DNA from: a virus
Taxonomy: Duplodnaviria > Caudoviricetes
Length of the DNA stretch: 64,000 nt
Strand: one strand, 5' to 3'
Virus record (IMG/VR): IMGVR_UViG_3300028805_000057
Coordinates: 32,001 to 96,000 of that record
The notes under the pieces were generated by a model. That model was given only the letters and a program-made list of their open reading frames with translations. It was not told where the DNA came from and did no database searches. The translations under genes and the position numbers were made by a program. Below, piece after piece: positions 9,428-18,365 of the stretch (the first letter of the stretch is position 1; each line of letters begins with the position of its first letter).

Positions 9428-9571
9428 ATGAACAGAAATGGTAAGGCAATAGAAAAGTTCTTAGCTTTAAGAGAAGTTAAGAGAGATGCGGCAGCAAATG
9501 CAGCCGGTAAGAAGAAAGAAAATGTTGTATTTAGTTCAGTACCTGCAAGAAGAAGACAGAGAAAAGGTTAA
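9428..9571 (+). CDS. Small basic protein (47 aa)
   Basis: MNRNGKAIEKFLALREVKR...RRRQRKG; fills the gap after 9418. Confidence 0.45.
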   Translation: MNRNGKAIEKFLALREVKRDAAANAAGKKKENVVFSSVPARRRQRKG

Positions 9572-9667
9572 TTATGAATATCACTTTGCAAAAATTCAAA
9601 CTGAGACCTAAAAATTCGCTAAATTCTTTACAGCACACTTATCAAAGATAACTGATGCTCGGAGAAC

Positions 9668-9693
9668 CGCGAAAATCTCCATTCATATTATAG
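9668..9693 (+). promoter_or_regulatory. Phage promoter motif CGCGAAAA-N10-TATTAT
   Basis: Motif family member. Confidence 0.7.
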
Positions 9694-9736
9694 CACGGAA
9701 TGAGTAGTGTTGTACGAAAATAATGGAGGTAGAAAA

Positions 9737-9967
9737 ATGATTATTTTGTTGGTGTTACTCTTCTTGGCAATAGCAATGATTGCGATAACATTCGTATCAT
9801 TTGGCATATGGGTAGTAATCCCGGCCTTATGTATATTCGGAATTTATAAAATCATAAAGCTGTGTTTCAAGAAGAAGGAGAAACCTGACCTTGTAATTAT
9901 GGACAGGAAGTTATTTGAAAGTCAATATGAAAAGAAACCGGAACAAACAACTGTAGCTCAGCAGTAA
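9737..9967 (+). CDS. Small membrane protein
   Basis: SD GGAGGT; long hydrophobic N-terminus; cassette gene. Confidence 0.7.
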   Translation: MIILLVLLFLAIAMIAITFVSFGIWVVIPALCIFGIYKIIKLCFKKKEKPDLVIMDRKLFESQYEKKPEQTTVAQQ

Positions 9968-9986
9968 TAATTGAGCAAACTTTAAA

Positions 9987-10023
9987 GGGGATTGAACAAA
10001 TGTTCAGTCCTCTAAGTTTTTTA
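9987..10023 (+). terminator. Intrinsic terminator (identical to copy at 11399)
   Basis: GGGGATTGAACA-AA-TGTTCAGTCCTC then T-run. Confidence 0.8.
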
Positions 10024-10077
10024 TAACGAACACTTCGATTTTTAAGTGTAATTAAAATATTTAGGAGGAATATAAAA

Positions 10078-10545
10078 ATGGAATGTATTGATTGCGCAAA
10101 GAATGCAAATTGTACAAATGAAAAAACTGAAGTATGTAATGATTTTAAAGCTAAAAAGAAGTCTAAACTTAAAAAGATATTAACTATTGCAGGTATTGCA
10201 GCAGGCACAGGTATTGTTACAGGTGTTTTAGCATATCTCAAGGGTAGACAGGATGGTAATGAAAAAGGTTTTGAGAAAGCATTAACCAGTCCTGAAGTAA
10301 AATTAATCACAAATACTAAAGCATATGATGCTATGAGTGATTATAATGAAAAAGTACTTTATATGGTAGAAAATGGCAACTTTGCAACAGAATTCACAAA
10401 TGATGATACTGGAGAAAAGAAATATATGACATATACAGTATCAAATGAAGCTCCTGATTGGTGGGAGAATGATGATACACAAAGATTTGATTTAAAAGAA
10501 ATAGTAGTAAACGATCTCGAACCAAAAGAAGATGCAAGCCTATGA
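10078..10545 (+). CDS. Membrane protein with N-terminal Cys motif
   Basis: SD AGGAGG; CIDC..C..C; TM ILTIAGIAAGTGIVTGVLAYL. Confidence 0.7.
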   Translation: MECIDCAKNANCTNEKTEVCNDFKAKKKSKLKKILTIAGIAAGTGIVTGVLAYLKGRQDGNEKGFEKALTSPEVKLITNTKAYDAMSDYNEKVLYMVENGNFATEFTNDDTGEKKYMTYTVSNEAPDWWENDDTQRFDLKEIVVNDLEPKEDASL

Positions 10546-10841
10546 GAATCGATTGGTCCGAATTTCAAACAAAAGTGACGAATTGGGCAGAAAAAGAAAC
10601 TAATGAATTATCTTTCAAATTTACTGTTAAATTCTTTGATGATCATGTGTTAATAATTTCAGAAAAGAATAATAAAATACAAAAAATAAAATACAGTAAA
10701 GAGAAATATTATAAAGATAGAAACAAGTTTTCAGATAAAGATATTATTCCAATATTGTTCCAGATACTCAAAGAAAAGTATAAAACTGAAGTAAAATGGT
10801 CAGTAACTGGAGCAGGAAGGAGAAAGAAGTATGCAGGATAA
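10542..10841 (+). CDS. Hypothetical protein
   Basis: ATGA overlap; shares SDKDII with the next ORF. Confidence 0.6.
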   Translation: MRIDWSEFQTKVTNWAEKETNELSFKFTVKFFDDHVLIISEKNNKIQKIKYSKEKYYKDRNKFSDKDIIPILFQILKEKYKTEVKWSVTGAGRRKKYAG

Positions 10842-11139
10842 TATTATTAAAATAGATCTCACAAATATGGAAAATGCTAGAAATTGGAATACTTTTGTCG
10901 AGAAATGTTTTAATGCTACAATTAATAGGAATGAAGATGGTGCTATAAAGCATAGTAAATATTTATATACATTTACTTATGCACCTGATGAAGTAACTAT
11001 TACAAATCATGAAGTAATAAATGATATTCCATTTGAATTAAAATCTATTACATTAGGTATTGACGAGTATAATCAAGGTAATAAATCTGATAAAGATATT
11101 ATTGAAGGATTATTTAATTCGGTTGAACCTAGTCGCTAA
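10831..11139 (+). CDS. Hypothetical protein
   Basis: SD AAGGAG; W..F..K and SDKDII shared with the previous ORF. Confidence 0.6.
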   Translation: MQDNIIKIDLTNMENARNWNTFVEKCFNATINRNEDGAIKHSKYLYTFTYAPDEVTITNHEVINDIPFELKSITLGIDEYNQGNKSDKDIIEGLFNSVEPSR

Positions 11140-11158
11140 AATATTGTTCTCCTTAATG
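11134..11158 (+). promoter_or_regulatory. Phage promoter motif CGCTAAAA-N10-CTTAAT
   Basis: Motif family member. Confidence 0.65.
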
Positions 11159-11196
11159 CAGCGATAAATGTATATTAATTGATTGGAGGTTAAAAA

Positions 11197-11376
11197 ATGG
11201 ATAGAACTGAAAGCAAGCTTAAGATATTTGGATTTATTGGAAGTGCAATTGTAGGTATTAGTGGTGCAGCAGTAGCAACATGGAAGACTTGCAAGGAAAC
11301 TGACAAGTTACATCAGGATAAGCTTAAGCAGAAGGAACTGGAAGAATCTAGTAATAATGAAACTTCTGAGAAGTAA
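11197..11376 (+). CDS. Small single-TM protein (59 aa, not in ORF track)
   Basis: SD GGAGGT; IFGFIGSAIVGISGAAVATW; flanked by promoter and terminator. Confidence 0.7.
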   Translation: MDRTESKLKIFGFIGSAIVGISGAAVATWKTCKETDKLHQDKLKQKELEESSNNETSEK

Positions 11377-11398
11377 TAAGATTAAAATGCAGGATTTT

Positions 11399-11433
11399 GG
11401 GGATTGAACAAATGTTCAGTCCTCTAATTCTTT
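11399..11433 (+). terminator. Intrinsic terminator
   Basis: 29 nt identical to 9987 copy. Confidence 0.75.
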
Positions 11434-11459
11434 CGCGTAATTATATGACCTCTTTATAG
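11434..11459 (+). promoter_or_regulatory. Phage promoter motif CGCGTAAT-N10-CTTTAT
   Basis: Motif family member immediately after a terminator. Confidence 0.6.
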
Positions 11460-11495
11460 GTAATAACAAAATATTATTTATATGGAGGTAGCAAA

Positions 11496-11654
11496 ATGAA
11501 TAATGGTTTTGAGAAACAGGAATGCATCTTAAGAATTGGACAGAATGTCGGACAGATAGTTACAGGATTATGTATGACGGCAGTTGCAATATTAGGTGTA
11601 ATAAAGTTTATGAAAAACATTAAAGAAATAAAAAACCGTAATAAAGATATTTAA
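11496..11654 (+). CDS. Small single-TM protein (52 aa, not in ORF track)
   Basis: SD GGAGGT; IVTGLCMTAVAILGVIKFM. Confidence 0.65.
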   Translation: MNNGFEKQECILRIGQNVGQIVTGLCMTAVAILGVIKFMKNIKEIKNRNKDI

Positions 11655-11668
11655 GTAATACCAGGTTT

Positions 11669-11703
11669 AGGGGAGTCTAGAATTTAGGCTTCCTTAATTT
11701 TTT
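11669..11703 (+). terminator. Intrinsic terminator
   Basis: AGGGGAGTCTAG-AAT-TTAGGCTTCCTT then T-run. Confidence 0.75.
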
Positions 11704-11751
11704 CAGTTCCTAATTTATAGGAAAGTGAGAATAAGTGAGTGAGGTAATCAC

Positions 11752-11913
11752 ATGGACGACAAAACATATAACGATATACAGCTGTTATTACGTAAAGGTA
11801 TGGAACCTAAAGATATTGCATATGAATTAGAAATACCTGAACGTTTAGTATTTGCTGTAATAAGAAAGAAGGGATCTAATGCCGAGAGTAAGAATAGACA
11901 GACAAACAATTAA
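11752..11913 (+). CDS. Small HTH protein (53 aa)
   Basis: SD GAGGT; KGMEPKDIAYELEIPERLV. Confidence 0.55.
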   Translation: MDDKTYNDIQLLLRKGMEPKDIAYELEIPERLVFAVIRKKGSNAESKNRQTNN

Positions 11914-12166
11914 AGTTCCATGTACAAGATGTGGAAAAGAATATAGTAAAATGCTTGCTGGTTCAAGTGATATATCGTCATTTAGATTTCCTCAATACAT
12001 GATACAAAGATATCGTGATTTTGACTCTCCACCACGAGAAATTAATTTGTGTGAAGAGTGTTGTGACAAACTGGATAGATTCCTGTACATCTATACTGAA
12101 GGACAGGACTATTATATTAATGAAGAAAATTTAATGAATGAAGGAGAAAAAAGTAATGAGTGCTGA
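11879..12166 (+). CDS. Zinc-binding protein
   Basis: CTRCGK...LCEEC. Confidence 0.65.
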   Translation: MPRVRIDRQTIKVPCTRCGKEYSKMLAGSSDISSFRFPQYMIQRYRDFDSPPREINLCEECCDKLDRFLYIYTEGQDYYINEENLMNEGEKSNEC

Positions 12167-12500
12167 AGTAATGAACGATGTTTCAACTGTTGAAAAGAAG
12201 ATTGAGAGTATTGTTTTTAAGATATTAAAGGATAAGATTAAGGGTCGTATCTTTGTTAAGATGGAAGATAAGGCTGAAGGTGAAGTAGATACTCTTTATA
12301 TTAAGATTGAATCAAATAATTTGATTTATACAGAGTATTTACAGTTACCTGGTAATACTTTCGAGATGGTATCAACAAATGAAGACTTTGCTAGTACTCT
12401 TGGATTGATTGTATTTGACAACTTTAAGAAATATGTAGATAATAAGTTCTATGTACAGGATAAACCTAAGAGATACTTTAACAAGCGTGAAGCTAAATAA
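12156..12500 (+). CDS. Hypothetical protein
   Basis: SD AAGGAG. Confidence 0.65.
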   Translation: MSAEVMNDVSTVEKKIESIVFKILKDKIKGRIFVKMEDKAEGEVDTLYIKIESNNLIYTEYLQLPGNTFEMVSTNEDFASTLGLIVFDNFKKYVDNKFYVQDKPKRYFNKREAK

Positions 12501-12526
12501 CGCGAAATTCTACAGGCATATCATAG
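12501..12526 (+). promoter_or_regulatory. Phage promoter motif CGCGAAAT-N10-TATCAT
   Basis: Motif family member. Confidence 0.7.
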
Positions 12527-12566
12527 ACGGAATAGTCCGTTGATTTTGATGAAGGAGGAAAGTGTA

Positions 12567-12884
12567 ATGACAGAGAACGAGAATGTAGTAGATGACATTA
12601 TTAATGACGATGTTAATGATACCCCGGAGACAGAGAAGAGAACAGTTGATAAGATTCTTGACTGGGCAAAGGATCATAAGAAGGAATTGATTGTTGGTTC
12701 GGTGGCAGGAGCTATTGGAACAATTTTAGGAGCTAAAGCACTTAGCAAGACTGAAATTAAGGAAGTAGAGAAGCTCCCGGATCCGACTATCATGGACAAA
12801 TATGATCGTGTCCCGGTTGAGGAGCATTCTTATATTGATTATAAGTATGTTCTCAAGCCTGAATATAGGGAAGATGATGATTGA
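12567..12884 (+). CDS. Single-TM protein
   Basis: SD AAGGAGG; WAKDHKKELIVGSVAGAIGTILGAKAL. Confidence 0.75.
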   Translation: MTENENVVDDIINDDVNDTPETEKRTVDKILDWAKDHKKELIVGSVAGAIGTILGAKALSKTEIKEVEKLPDPTIMDKYDRVPVEEHSYIDYKYVLKPEYREDDD

Positions 12885-12910
12885 CACGTGATGGTCATCC
12901 AATAACATTT

Positions 12911-12948
12911 GGGGGAAGCTGAAATATATGCTTCCTCCTCATTTTTTT
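12911..12948 (+). terminator. Intrinsic terminator
   Basis: GGGGGAAGC...GCTTCCTC then T-run. Confidence 0.75.
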
Positions 12949-12982
12949 AAATCAAAAAACTATTCAATACATGGAGGTTAAT

Positions 12983-13180
12983 ATGTCGGAATTTATAGTA
13001 TTCTTTGAAAATGGCGTTACGACTAAAATAGAAGCAGATAAGATAGTCGATAGCGACAATTATATTAATTTTTATAATAATGTTAAAGTAAAAGATACTA
13101 ATGTAGATAGTTTAGTTGCACAATTCTTAAAATCTAAAATTGCTGGATATGGTAAAAGTTCAGCTATAAAAGAGGTGTAA
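12983..13180 (+). CDS. Hypothetical protein
   Basis: SD GGAGGT. Confidence 0.6.
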   Translation: MSEFIVFFENGVTTKIEADKIVDSDNYINFYNNVKVKDTNVDSLVAQFLKSKIAGYGKSSAIKEV

Positions 13181-13182
13181 TT

Positions 13183-13356
13183 ATGAAATGCACAATTGAA
13201 TGTTATGACAAGAATAATAAACTTGTAGAATATATTGGTGCTAAAGATGAAAAAGCAGCAATGGAATTTATGAAAGAGCATCAAGATATTTTTCCAAAGA
13301 TTAAAATAATACATGGTTTAAAACCCGATTGCACACAGATGCTTGAAGGATACTGA
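13183..13356 (+). CDS. Hypothetical protein (57 aa)
   Basis: SD GAGGTG; MKCTIECYDKNNKLVEYIG. Confidence 0.55.
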   Translation: MKCTIECYDKNNKLVEYIGAKDEKAAMEFMKEHQDIFPKIKIIHGLKPDCTQMLEGY

Positions 13357-13412
13357 GAACATCAGTCCAAACAAAGTGAAGAGTGCCAAGGGAAAGATAT
13401 TAAGGAGAATTT

Positions 13413-13661
13413 ATGAGAGAAATTAAGTATTATTGTGATATATGTGGTAAAGAAGCAAAAAATCCTAAAGAAGAAAAGAGTTGTGTTAAATTAGATTTAA
13501 ATTACGTACATAATTGGGAAACAGCTTTACCTTTATCAAAGAAGCTACAAGATTTACAATTATGTAAAGAATGTGGCGAAGAATTAAATAGTATTATTAA
13601 TCTTGCTATTGATGTAAAAGGTTTTACAAAAATTAGTTATAAAGGAGAAGAATGTATATGA
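13413..13661 (+). CDS. Zinc-binding protein
   Basis: CDICGK...LCKEC; resembles 11879-12166. Confidence 0.65.
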   Translation: MREIKYYCDICGKEAKNPKEEKSCVKLDLNYVHNWETALPLSKKLQDLQLCKECGEELNSIINLAIDVKGFTKISYKGEECI

Positions 13662-13903
13662 TAATTATAGCATATGATAACGGACAGAAATTAGAACTTG
13701 GTGATGAGTTTATACATGATAATAGAAAGTGGGTTATAACTCATTTTGATTTAGATAAGAAAGATAGATTAAAATATTTTTATGCAATTGATGAAGATTT
13801 AGCAGAGATTGCAACATTTGATTCGTTTGATGAAAATGCTATTCAGTTAACAGGAGTAAATCATAAGGAAGTATATAATCTTAAAAAGATATTAGGAGGT
13901 TGA
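13652..13903 (+). CDS. Hypothetical protein
   Basis: SD AAGGAG. Confidence 0.6.
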   Translation: MYMIIIAYDNGQKLELGDEFIHDNRKWVITHFDLDKKDRLKYFYAIDEDLAEIATFDSFDENAIQLTGVNHKEVYNLKKILGG

Positions 13904-13906
13904 CTT

Positions 13907-14083
13907 ATGTCAGAACCTATCAAGAAAAAGATTAAAGATATGACCAAAGCAGAAGCAGAAAGATATTTTTGTGATAAATATCGAACTTGTGAATCTTGTC
14001 CTTTAGATAGAAATAAAATAGGTTGCAAGATGGATGTTTATAACAAACAATATGACAATGAGATTGTAGAATTACAACCTTAA
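13907..14083 (+). CDS. Small Cys-rich protein (58 aa)
   Basis: SD AGGAGG; C.KY..CESCPL, similar to 30530-30709. Confidence 0.55.
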   Translation: MSEPIKKKIKDMTKAEAERYFCDKYRTCESCPLDRNKIGCKMDVYNKQYDNEIVELQP

Positions 14084-14110
14084 CTTTATCCATTTCATGT
14101 CTAATTGATT

Positions 14111-14135
14111 CGCGAAAATATGTCTTTATATAATG
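14111..14135 (+). promoter_or_regulatory. Phage promoter motif CGCGAAAA-N10-TATAAT
   Basis: Perfect -10 hexamer at the conserved distance. Confidence 0.75.
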
Positions 14136-14216
14136 ACACGGTGACGTTTCGAAGTGAGACAAGTCACCTTGACATAAAAATTGACATAGATTAAAATGAG
14201 AAGAAGGAGGACGAAA

Positions 14217-14318
14217 ATGGGTTTAGTAATTGTAGGTTTTATGATGTTAGGTATAGGAATAGCAGGTGTCGGTTTGATAGTGAAAGGATTTAAATCGATA
14301 TTTGGCGACAAAGATTGA
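14217..14318 (+). CDS. 33-aa hydrophobic membrane peptide
   Basis: SD AAGGAGG; MGLVIVGFMMLGIGIAGVGLIVKGF; own promoter and terminator (14347-14377). Confidence 0.65.
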   Translation: MGLVIVGFMMLGIGIAGVGLIVKGFKSIFGDKD

Positions 14319-14377
14319 TGACTAATAATTAAAAAACACAAGAATTAGAGGACGAAAATATAGTCCTCTTCTTCTTT

Positions 14378-14403
14378 CGCGAAAATTAATGATAATATAA
14401 TAG
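14378..14403 (+). promoter_or_regulatory. Phage promoter motif CGCGAAAA-N10-TATAAT
   Basis: Perfect -10 hexamer; follows a terminator. Confidence 0.75.
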
Positions 14404-14452
14404 GTGGGAACATCTAAAATATTATAATTATATAAAATAAGGAGGAAATAAA

Positions 14453-14782
14453 ATGGCAGATTTTAACGTGGACCTTAGTGAGGTTCAGCAGGCACAGGAA
14501 ATGGTAGCACAGAAGGAGACTAATGAAGTTGTAGAGTCTGATGATGATGAAGAAGAAGGTAACAACATCGTATTCTGGATTATAATGGGCGTATTAAGCG
14601 TCTTTACAATCGGAGTACCGATTTTGGTATACTTCCTCGTAAAGAACGTTAAGCAGAAGAAGCAGCTTCAGAAGCAGATCGATGATGCAGCTAAGACTGA
14701 TGATAAGTCAGCTGAAGAGACCAAGACTGAGGAAACAAAGCAGGAAGCTGTTCAGGAAGAGAAGAAAGATCCTGAGAAGTAA
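14453..14782 (+). CDS. Single-TM acidic protein
   Basis: SD AAGGAGG; IVFWIIMGVLSVFTIGVPILVYFLV. Confidence 0.75.
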   Translation: MADFNVDLSEVQQAQEMVAQKETNEVVESDDDEEEGNNIVFWIIMGVLSVFTIGVPILVYFLVKNVKQKKQLQKQIDDAAKTDDKSAEETKTEETKQEAVQEEKKDPEK

Positions 14783-14802
14783 TATTTAAGTAACACCAAA
14801 AA

Positions 14803-14838
14803 GGGGGATCAGAGAAATCTGGTCCTCTAAATTTTTTA
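14803..14838 (+). terminator. Intrinsic terminator
   Basis: Identical hairpin to 8355. Confidence 0.8.
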
Positions 14839-14859
14839 TAGAAAGGAGTTGACAGTTAG

Positions 14860-15540
14860 TTGGTTGAGAAAGTGCAAGGCGAAGTTGTGAGCATTGGTAA
14901 TAAGAATGTTAAAGATGAAACATTAGCACCAGTTATCTCAAATGCAGCAACAGTAAAAAAGACAAGTGGATTAAAGAAATTATGGAGAGGATTCTTTGCA
15001 GAAGACTTTAAGACAGTTCGCGGTAGTGTAATGGAGACAGTTATTAAGCCAAGTATTAAGTCAGGTATAGCAAATGCAATCACAAGTGCAGTATATATGT
15101 GGTTATTTGGTAAAAATGGTTATAGTAATGCTCCAGGAGGAATATTTAGACCATTATTGTCAGGTGGTGCAGTATCTTATAATGGTATCACAAGAATCCA
15201 AAATGGTCAAGTTGTAACAAGTCCTAAGGTAAGTATTGGTAATGATGCAAATTTTGGAAGGTATACGGCAGCTGAAGTATATGATCCTGAATATATAAGA
15301 TATGCAAGTTATCAAGATGCAGTAAATGTTCTTGAAGGATTAAGAGAACGTATTGGTAAGTATCAGGTTGCAACAGTAAAGAACTTATTTGATTTAAGTG
15401 GTCAAATTGGATATGAAATGGTTCTTCAGAATTGGGGTTGGTATGGTATTGAATGGTATCGTATTGTTCCAGTAGGAGATGGTACATGGATTCTTAGATT
15501 GCCACAGCCGACAGCTTTGAATGGAACTATGACTAAATAA
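14860..15540 (+). CDS. Conserved phage protein
   Basis: SD AAAGGAG, TTG start; C-terminal A..VL..L...I.KY..ATV..LFDL.G...WGW...LP.P. Confidence 0.7.
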   Translation: MVEKVQGEVVSIGNKNVKDETLAPVISNAATVKKTSGLKKLWRGFFAEDFKTVRGSVMETVIKPSIKSGIANAITSAVYMWLFGKNGYSNAPGGIFRPLLSGGAVSYNGITRIQNGQVVTSPKVSIGNDANFGRYTAAEVYDPEYIRYASYQDAVNVLEGLRERIGKYQVATVKNLFDLSGQIGYEMVLQNWGWYGIEWYRIVPVGDGTWILRLPQPTALNGTMTK

Positions 15541-15571
15541 AGATATTTAAGGAGAGCTAAAGGCATATTAA

Positions 15572-15790
15572 ATGAAAACATACAAGTATACAGCTATTAG
15601 AAAGCGATTCTTACAATTTTGTAGGAGATATAAGGTTAGCCCTGAAGAAGTGCTCGGTTATTGCGAGGGAAGACTGAGTAACTTTCCATATTGGTACGTA
15701 GATTATTTAAATTATACAAGAGCTGAAATAAGAAATAGAGTTAAGACAGGTGTAGTGCATGAAATCAAGTTGTGTGATGTATGGAGTTAA
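15572..15790 (+). CDS. Small protein, RIKTG paralog 1
   Basis: TRAEIRNRVKTG. Confidence 0.6.
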   Translation: MKTYKYTAIRKRFLQFCRRYKVSPEEVLGYCEGRLSNFPYWYVDYLNYTRAEIRNRVKTGVVHEIKLCDVWS

Positions 15791-15999
15791 AGATATTTAT
15801 GGAAGAATTGTATAAAGAAGCAATGTTTATGGCAGAAATTTATGGTATTCCAAAGATTGTTGTAGATGATTATTTTGAAATGTTTGTCCAATTCGTTCGC
15901 GAGGAATTGAACTATAGAATTAAATATGGTCGTACAAAGTTTGATATACGTCCAGAAATATTTATGACAATCTTATTGCAACAAGCAGAGGTAAGTTAA
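15781..15999 (+). CDS. Small protein, RIKTG paralog 2
   Basis: VREELNYRIKYG. Confidence 0.6.
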   Translation: MELKIFMEELYKEAMFMAEIYGIPKIVVDDYFEMFVQFVREELNYRIKYGRTKFDIRPEIFMTILLQQAEVS

Positions 16000-16275
16000 A
16001 TGATGGATGAAGCATGCGATAATGATTTAAGAGATTTAACCATGATAACTACAATAAATGGAGAAAACATTATAGATATTCTCTCAACAATGGGTGATTC
16101 TGAAATGGCAGATTACATTTGGTGTTGGAAACAGAGAATTAGAGAAGAGATTCAAACAAGAATTGAAACAGGTGTTGTTACTCCATTAAATGTATTAACT
16201 TGGTGTATTAGAGGAATCGGATGGGAGACATTGCAGGAGGTGAAAGCATTTGAAGAAACCACATCAGGAATTTAG
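16000..16275 (+). CDS. Small protein, RIKTG paralog 3
   Basis: IREEIQTRIETG. Confidence 0.6.
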   Translation: MMDEACDNDLRDLTMITTINGENIIDILSTMGDSEMADYIWCWKQRIREEIQTRIETGVVTPLNVLTWCIRGIGWETLQEVKAFEETTSGI

Positions 16276-16507
16276 AAATATTATTAAGTATTGTAAGTTA
16301 ATGAATTATGATGTAAATGATATTCTTGAAATGTCTGACCATGAATTAAGATTATGGTATAATAGAGTATTAAAGATGACTGAAAATGAAACTGAATTTA
16401 GAATTAAGACAGGTTTAAGTATTGATGAACAAGGTAAAGAACATAAGTTATTAAGTATAGTACAAACTAAATGGCATTCAAAGGAGAATCGTTATAATGG
16501 AAAATAG
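16250..16507 (+). CDS. Small protein, RIKTG paralog 4
   Basis: TENETEFRIKTG; SD AGGAGGTG. Confidence 0.6.
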   Translation: MKKPHQEFRNIIKYCKLMNYDVNDILEMSDHELRLWYNRVLKMTENETEFRIKTGLSIDEQGKEHKLLSIVQTKWHSKENRYNGK

Positions 16508-16847
16508 TGATATTAGGTTAAAAAGTGTGCCTAAAAAGTATTTGACAACTAAACAAAGACGAGCTGCTTTGAAATTAGTTTATAATGGTCCAGATTGGTC
16601 GGATAAAGTAGATAAAATGTCAAATGCTCAAGTATATGCAATATTCGACAAATTTAGAAAGAGCGGCCGAATAAGTTACGATGATTATGGTAATCTCATC
16701 TTTAGGAATGAAGATGAAGTAAGAAAATTGCAAGAAGCGCGCAGTGGTGTTCATCAAGTAACTTTAGATGAATACTTAAAAGAACTCGAGTTCAAAGAAA
16801 GAGAACAATCAAGAAAAGCAAAAGATATTCAGAAAGGAATGGTTTAA
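16497..16847 (+). CDS. Conserved phage protein
   Basis: Y.GP.W..KVDKMS.AQV.AI motif; SD AAGGAG. Confidence 0.65.
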   Translation: MENSDIRLKSVPKKYLTTKQRRAALKLVYNGPDWSDKVDKMSNAQVYAIFDKFRKSGRISYDDYGNLIFRNEDEVRKLQEARSGVHQVTLDEYLKELEFKEREQSRKAKDIQKGMV

Positions 16848-16852
16848 AATTT

Positions 16853-17821
16853 ATGGGAAAGTTTGCAGATTTTCGTGAGAATTTTATGCATAATTTTAAC
16901 GATATGAGAAATAATCTTGAGTCTAGAACAGGATTATTAACAGGTATCGGTGTTGTTGCAGGTTTAGCAGGAACTGTATTAGCTTGTAGAGCAACATTAA
17001 AGATTGCAAATAAAGCAGAAGAGCATAAGAAACTTGTAGATGACACAAAAGCAAATTGTACAGAATTAGCTCTTGATGATAAGGCAACACATAAGGAAGT
17101 AATGAAGGCATATCGTCATATTGGTGTTGATTATGTAAGACAGTATTGGCCTGCAGTAGGTTTATTAGCTGTTGGTTATGGATTGATTATTAGAGCACAT
17201 TGTATTGAAGTTGCAAAGAATGAAGCTTTGATGACAGCATATATCGGTCTTGAGCAGCTGTTTAATAAGTATCGTACAAGAGTTGCAGAGCAGGTTGGAG
17301 AAGAAAGAGAAGCTCAGATCTATAAGCAAGCAAAGATTGATCAGGCAGAAGAGAATAAGATTGGCCAGTATTCCGGCGAATTTAGAAATGGTTCATATTT
17401 ATTGTTTAATGATTCTTGTAGAGATTATCAGGAAGGTTGTCCTCAGGCAAATGATTTCTTGATTAGTACAATTGAGCAAGAATTAAATATGAAATTTGAC
17501 ACATTCACACCAGTTTATTTGAATGATGTAATGAGAGCATGTGGTCATGAAGAAGTAAATGGTGGATGGAATTGGGTTAAAGCAAAAGGTTTGACTGATA
17601 AGATTGATTTTAAGATTCATGATGTAGACTTCAATCCTGAATTTGCAAAAGGATATGGATTTGTAAAAGGTCAGGAACCGATTGCAAAGTTATATCTTGA
17701 TGGTTTCGTTCATGTATCAAAACTTTATAGTGCAGAATATCGTCAGTATCTGAAGAAAGATAAAGCTGATGGTGGTATTATGGGTGGCGAGATTGGAAGA
17801 GATCAGGTTTTAATTGGTTAA
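16853..17821 (+). CDS. DUF6353-like protein (second member)
   Basis: GVVAGLAGTVLACRATLK, YWPAV, F.KYR.RV...GEE.E, VYLNDV. Confidence 0.75.
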   Translation: MGKFADFRENFMHNFNDMRNNLESRTGLLTGIGVVAGLAGTVLACRATLKIANKAEEHKKLVDDTKANCTELALDDKATHKEVMKAYRHIGVDYVRQYWPAVGLLAVGYGLIIRAHCIEVAKNEALMTAYIGLEQLFNKYRTRVAEQVGEEREAQIYKQAKIDQAEENKIGQYSGEFRNGSYLLFNDSCRDYQEGCPQANDFLISTIEQELNMKFDTFTPVYLNDVMRACGHEEVNGGWNWVKAKGLTDKIDFKIHDVDFNPEFAKGYGFVKGQEPIAKLYLDGFVHVSKLYSAEYRQYLKKDKADGGIMGGEIGRDQVLIG

Positions 17822-17918
17822 ATGATATTTGGGGTTTCAGTAGCTCGTTACCCAAGATATCTTTAACATAGAGGAGCTCGGCGGGTCTGATTAACCACTC
17901 GGCTCGCTGAGTTTCTTT

Positions 17919-18056
17919 TATTTAATTTTATAATAGGGCTCCTAAGAGAAAAATATACCCCAAAAATAAAATACTCATAAAAAATAGACTCCTGGTTTTA
18001 TGACTGTTCAAAAATTACACTTATCACTCTTAGGAGTCCTGTTATGAAATTAAATA
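17919..18056 (+). ncRNA. Long hairpin RNA A: 30-bp stem, 78-nt loop antisense to an SD+AUG region
   Basis: Arms 17919-17948 and 18027-18056; all 3 arm differences are G.U on the + strand. Confidence 0.65.
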
Positions 18057-18071
18057 GGAGGACTACAAATA

Positions 18072-18239
18072 ATGGAAGAAAGTACTGCAACAAAGATAAT
18101 TGATAAATATATAGAAATGTATGATGAAATTATAAATGATAAAACATCTACAAGAATTCGTAAATCAATTGCTGAAAGTAATAAGAATTTATTAGAGAAT
18201 GTAAAAGGAGATATAATAAATGCTGAAGAAGGTAATTAA
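18072..18239 (+). CDS. Hypothetical protein (55 aa)
   Basis: SD AGGAGG. Confidence 0.5.
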   Translation: MEESTATKIIDKYIEMYDEIINDKTSTRIRKSIAESNKNLLENVKGDIINAEEGN

Positions 18240-18357
18240 GTATTGGTTTAGATTTACTTTAATAATAAATATTTTATCTTGGATAACCGGTTTAGCAAAT
18301 AATTTAAAAGAAAATAAAGATATTGTTAATTTATATTATGATGATATAGAAATTTAA
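18220..18357 (+). CDS. Small membrane peptide (45 aa)
   Basis: SD AAGGAG; WFRFTLIINILSWITGL. Confidence 0.45.
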   Translation: MLKKVIKYWFRFTLIINILSWITGLANNLKENKDIVNLYYDDIEI

Positions 18358-18365
18358 ATATGTAT

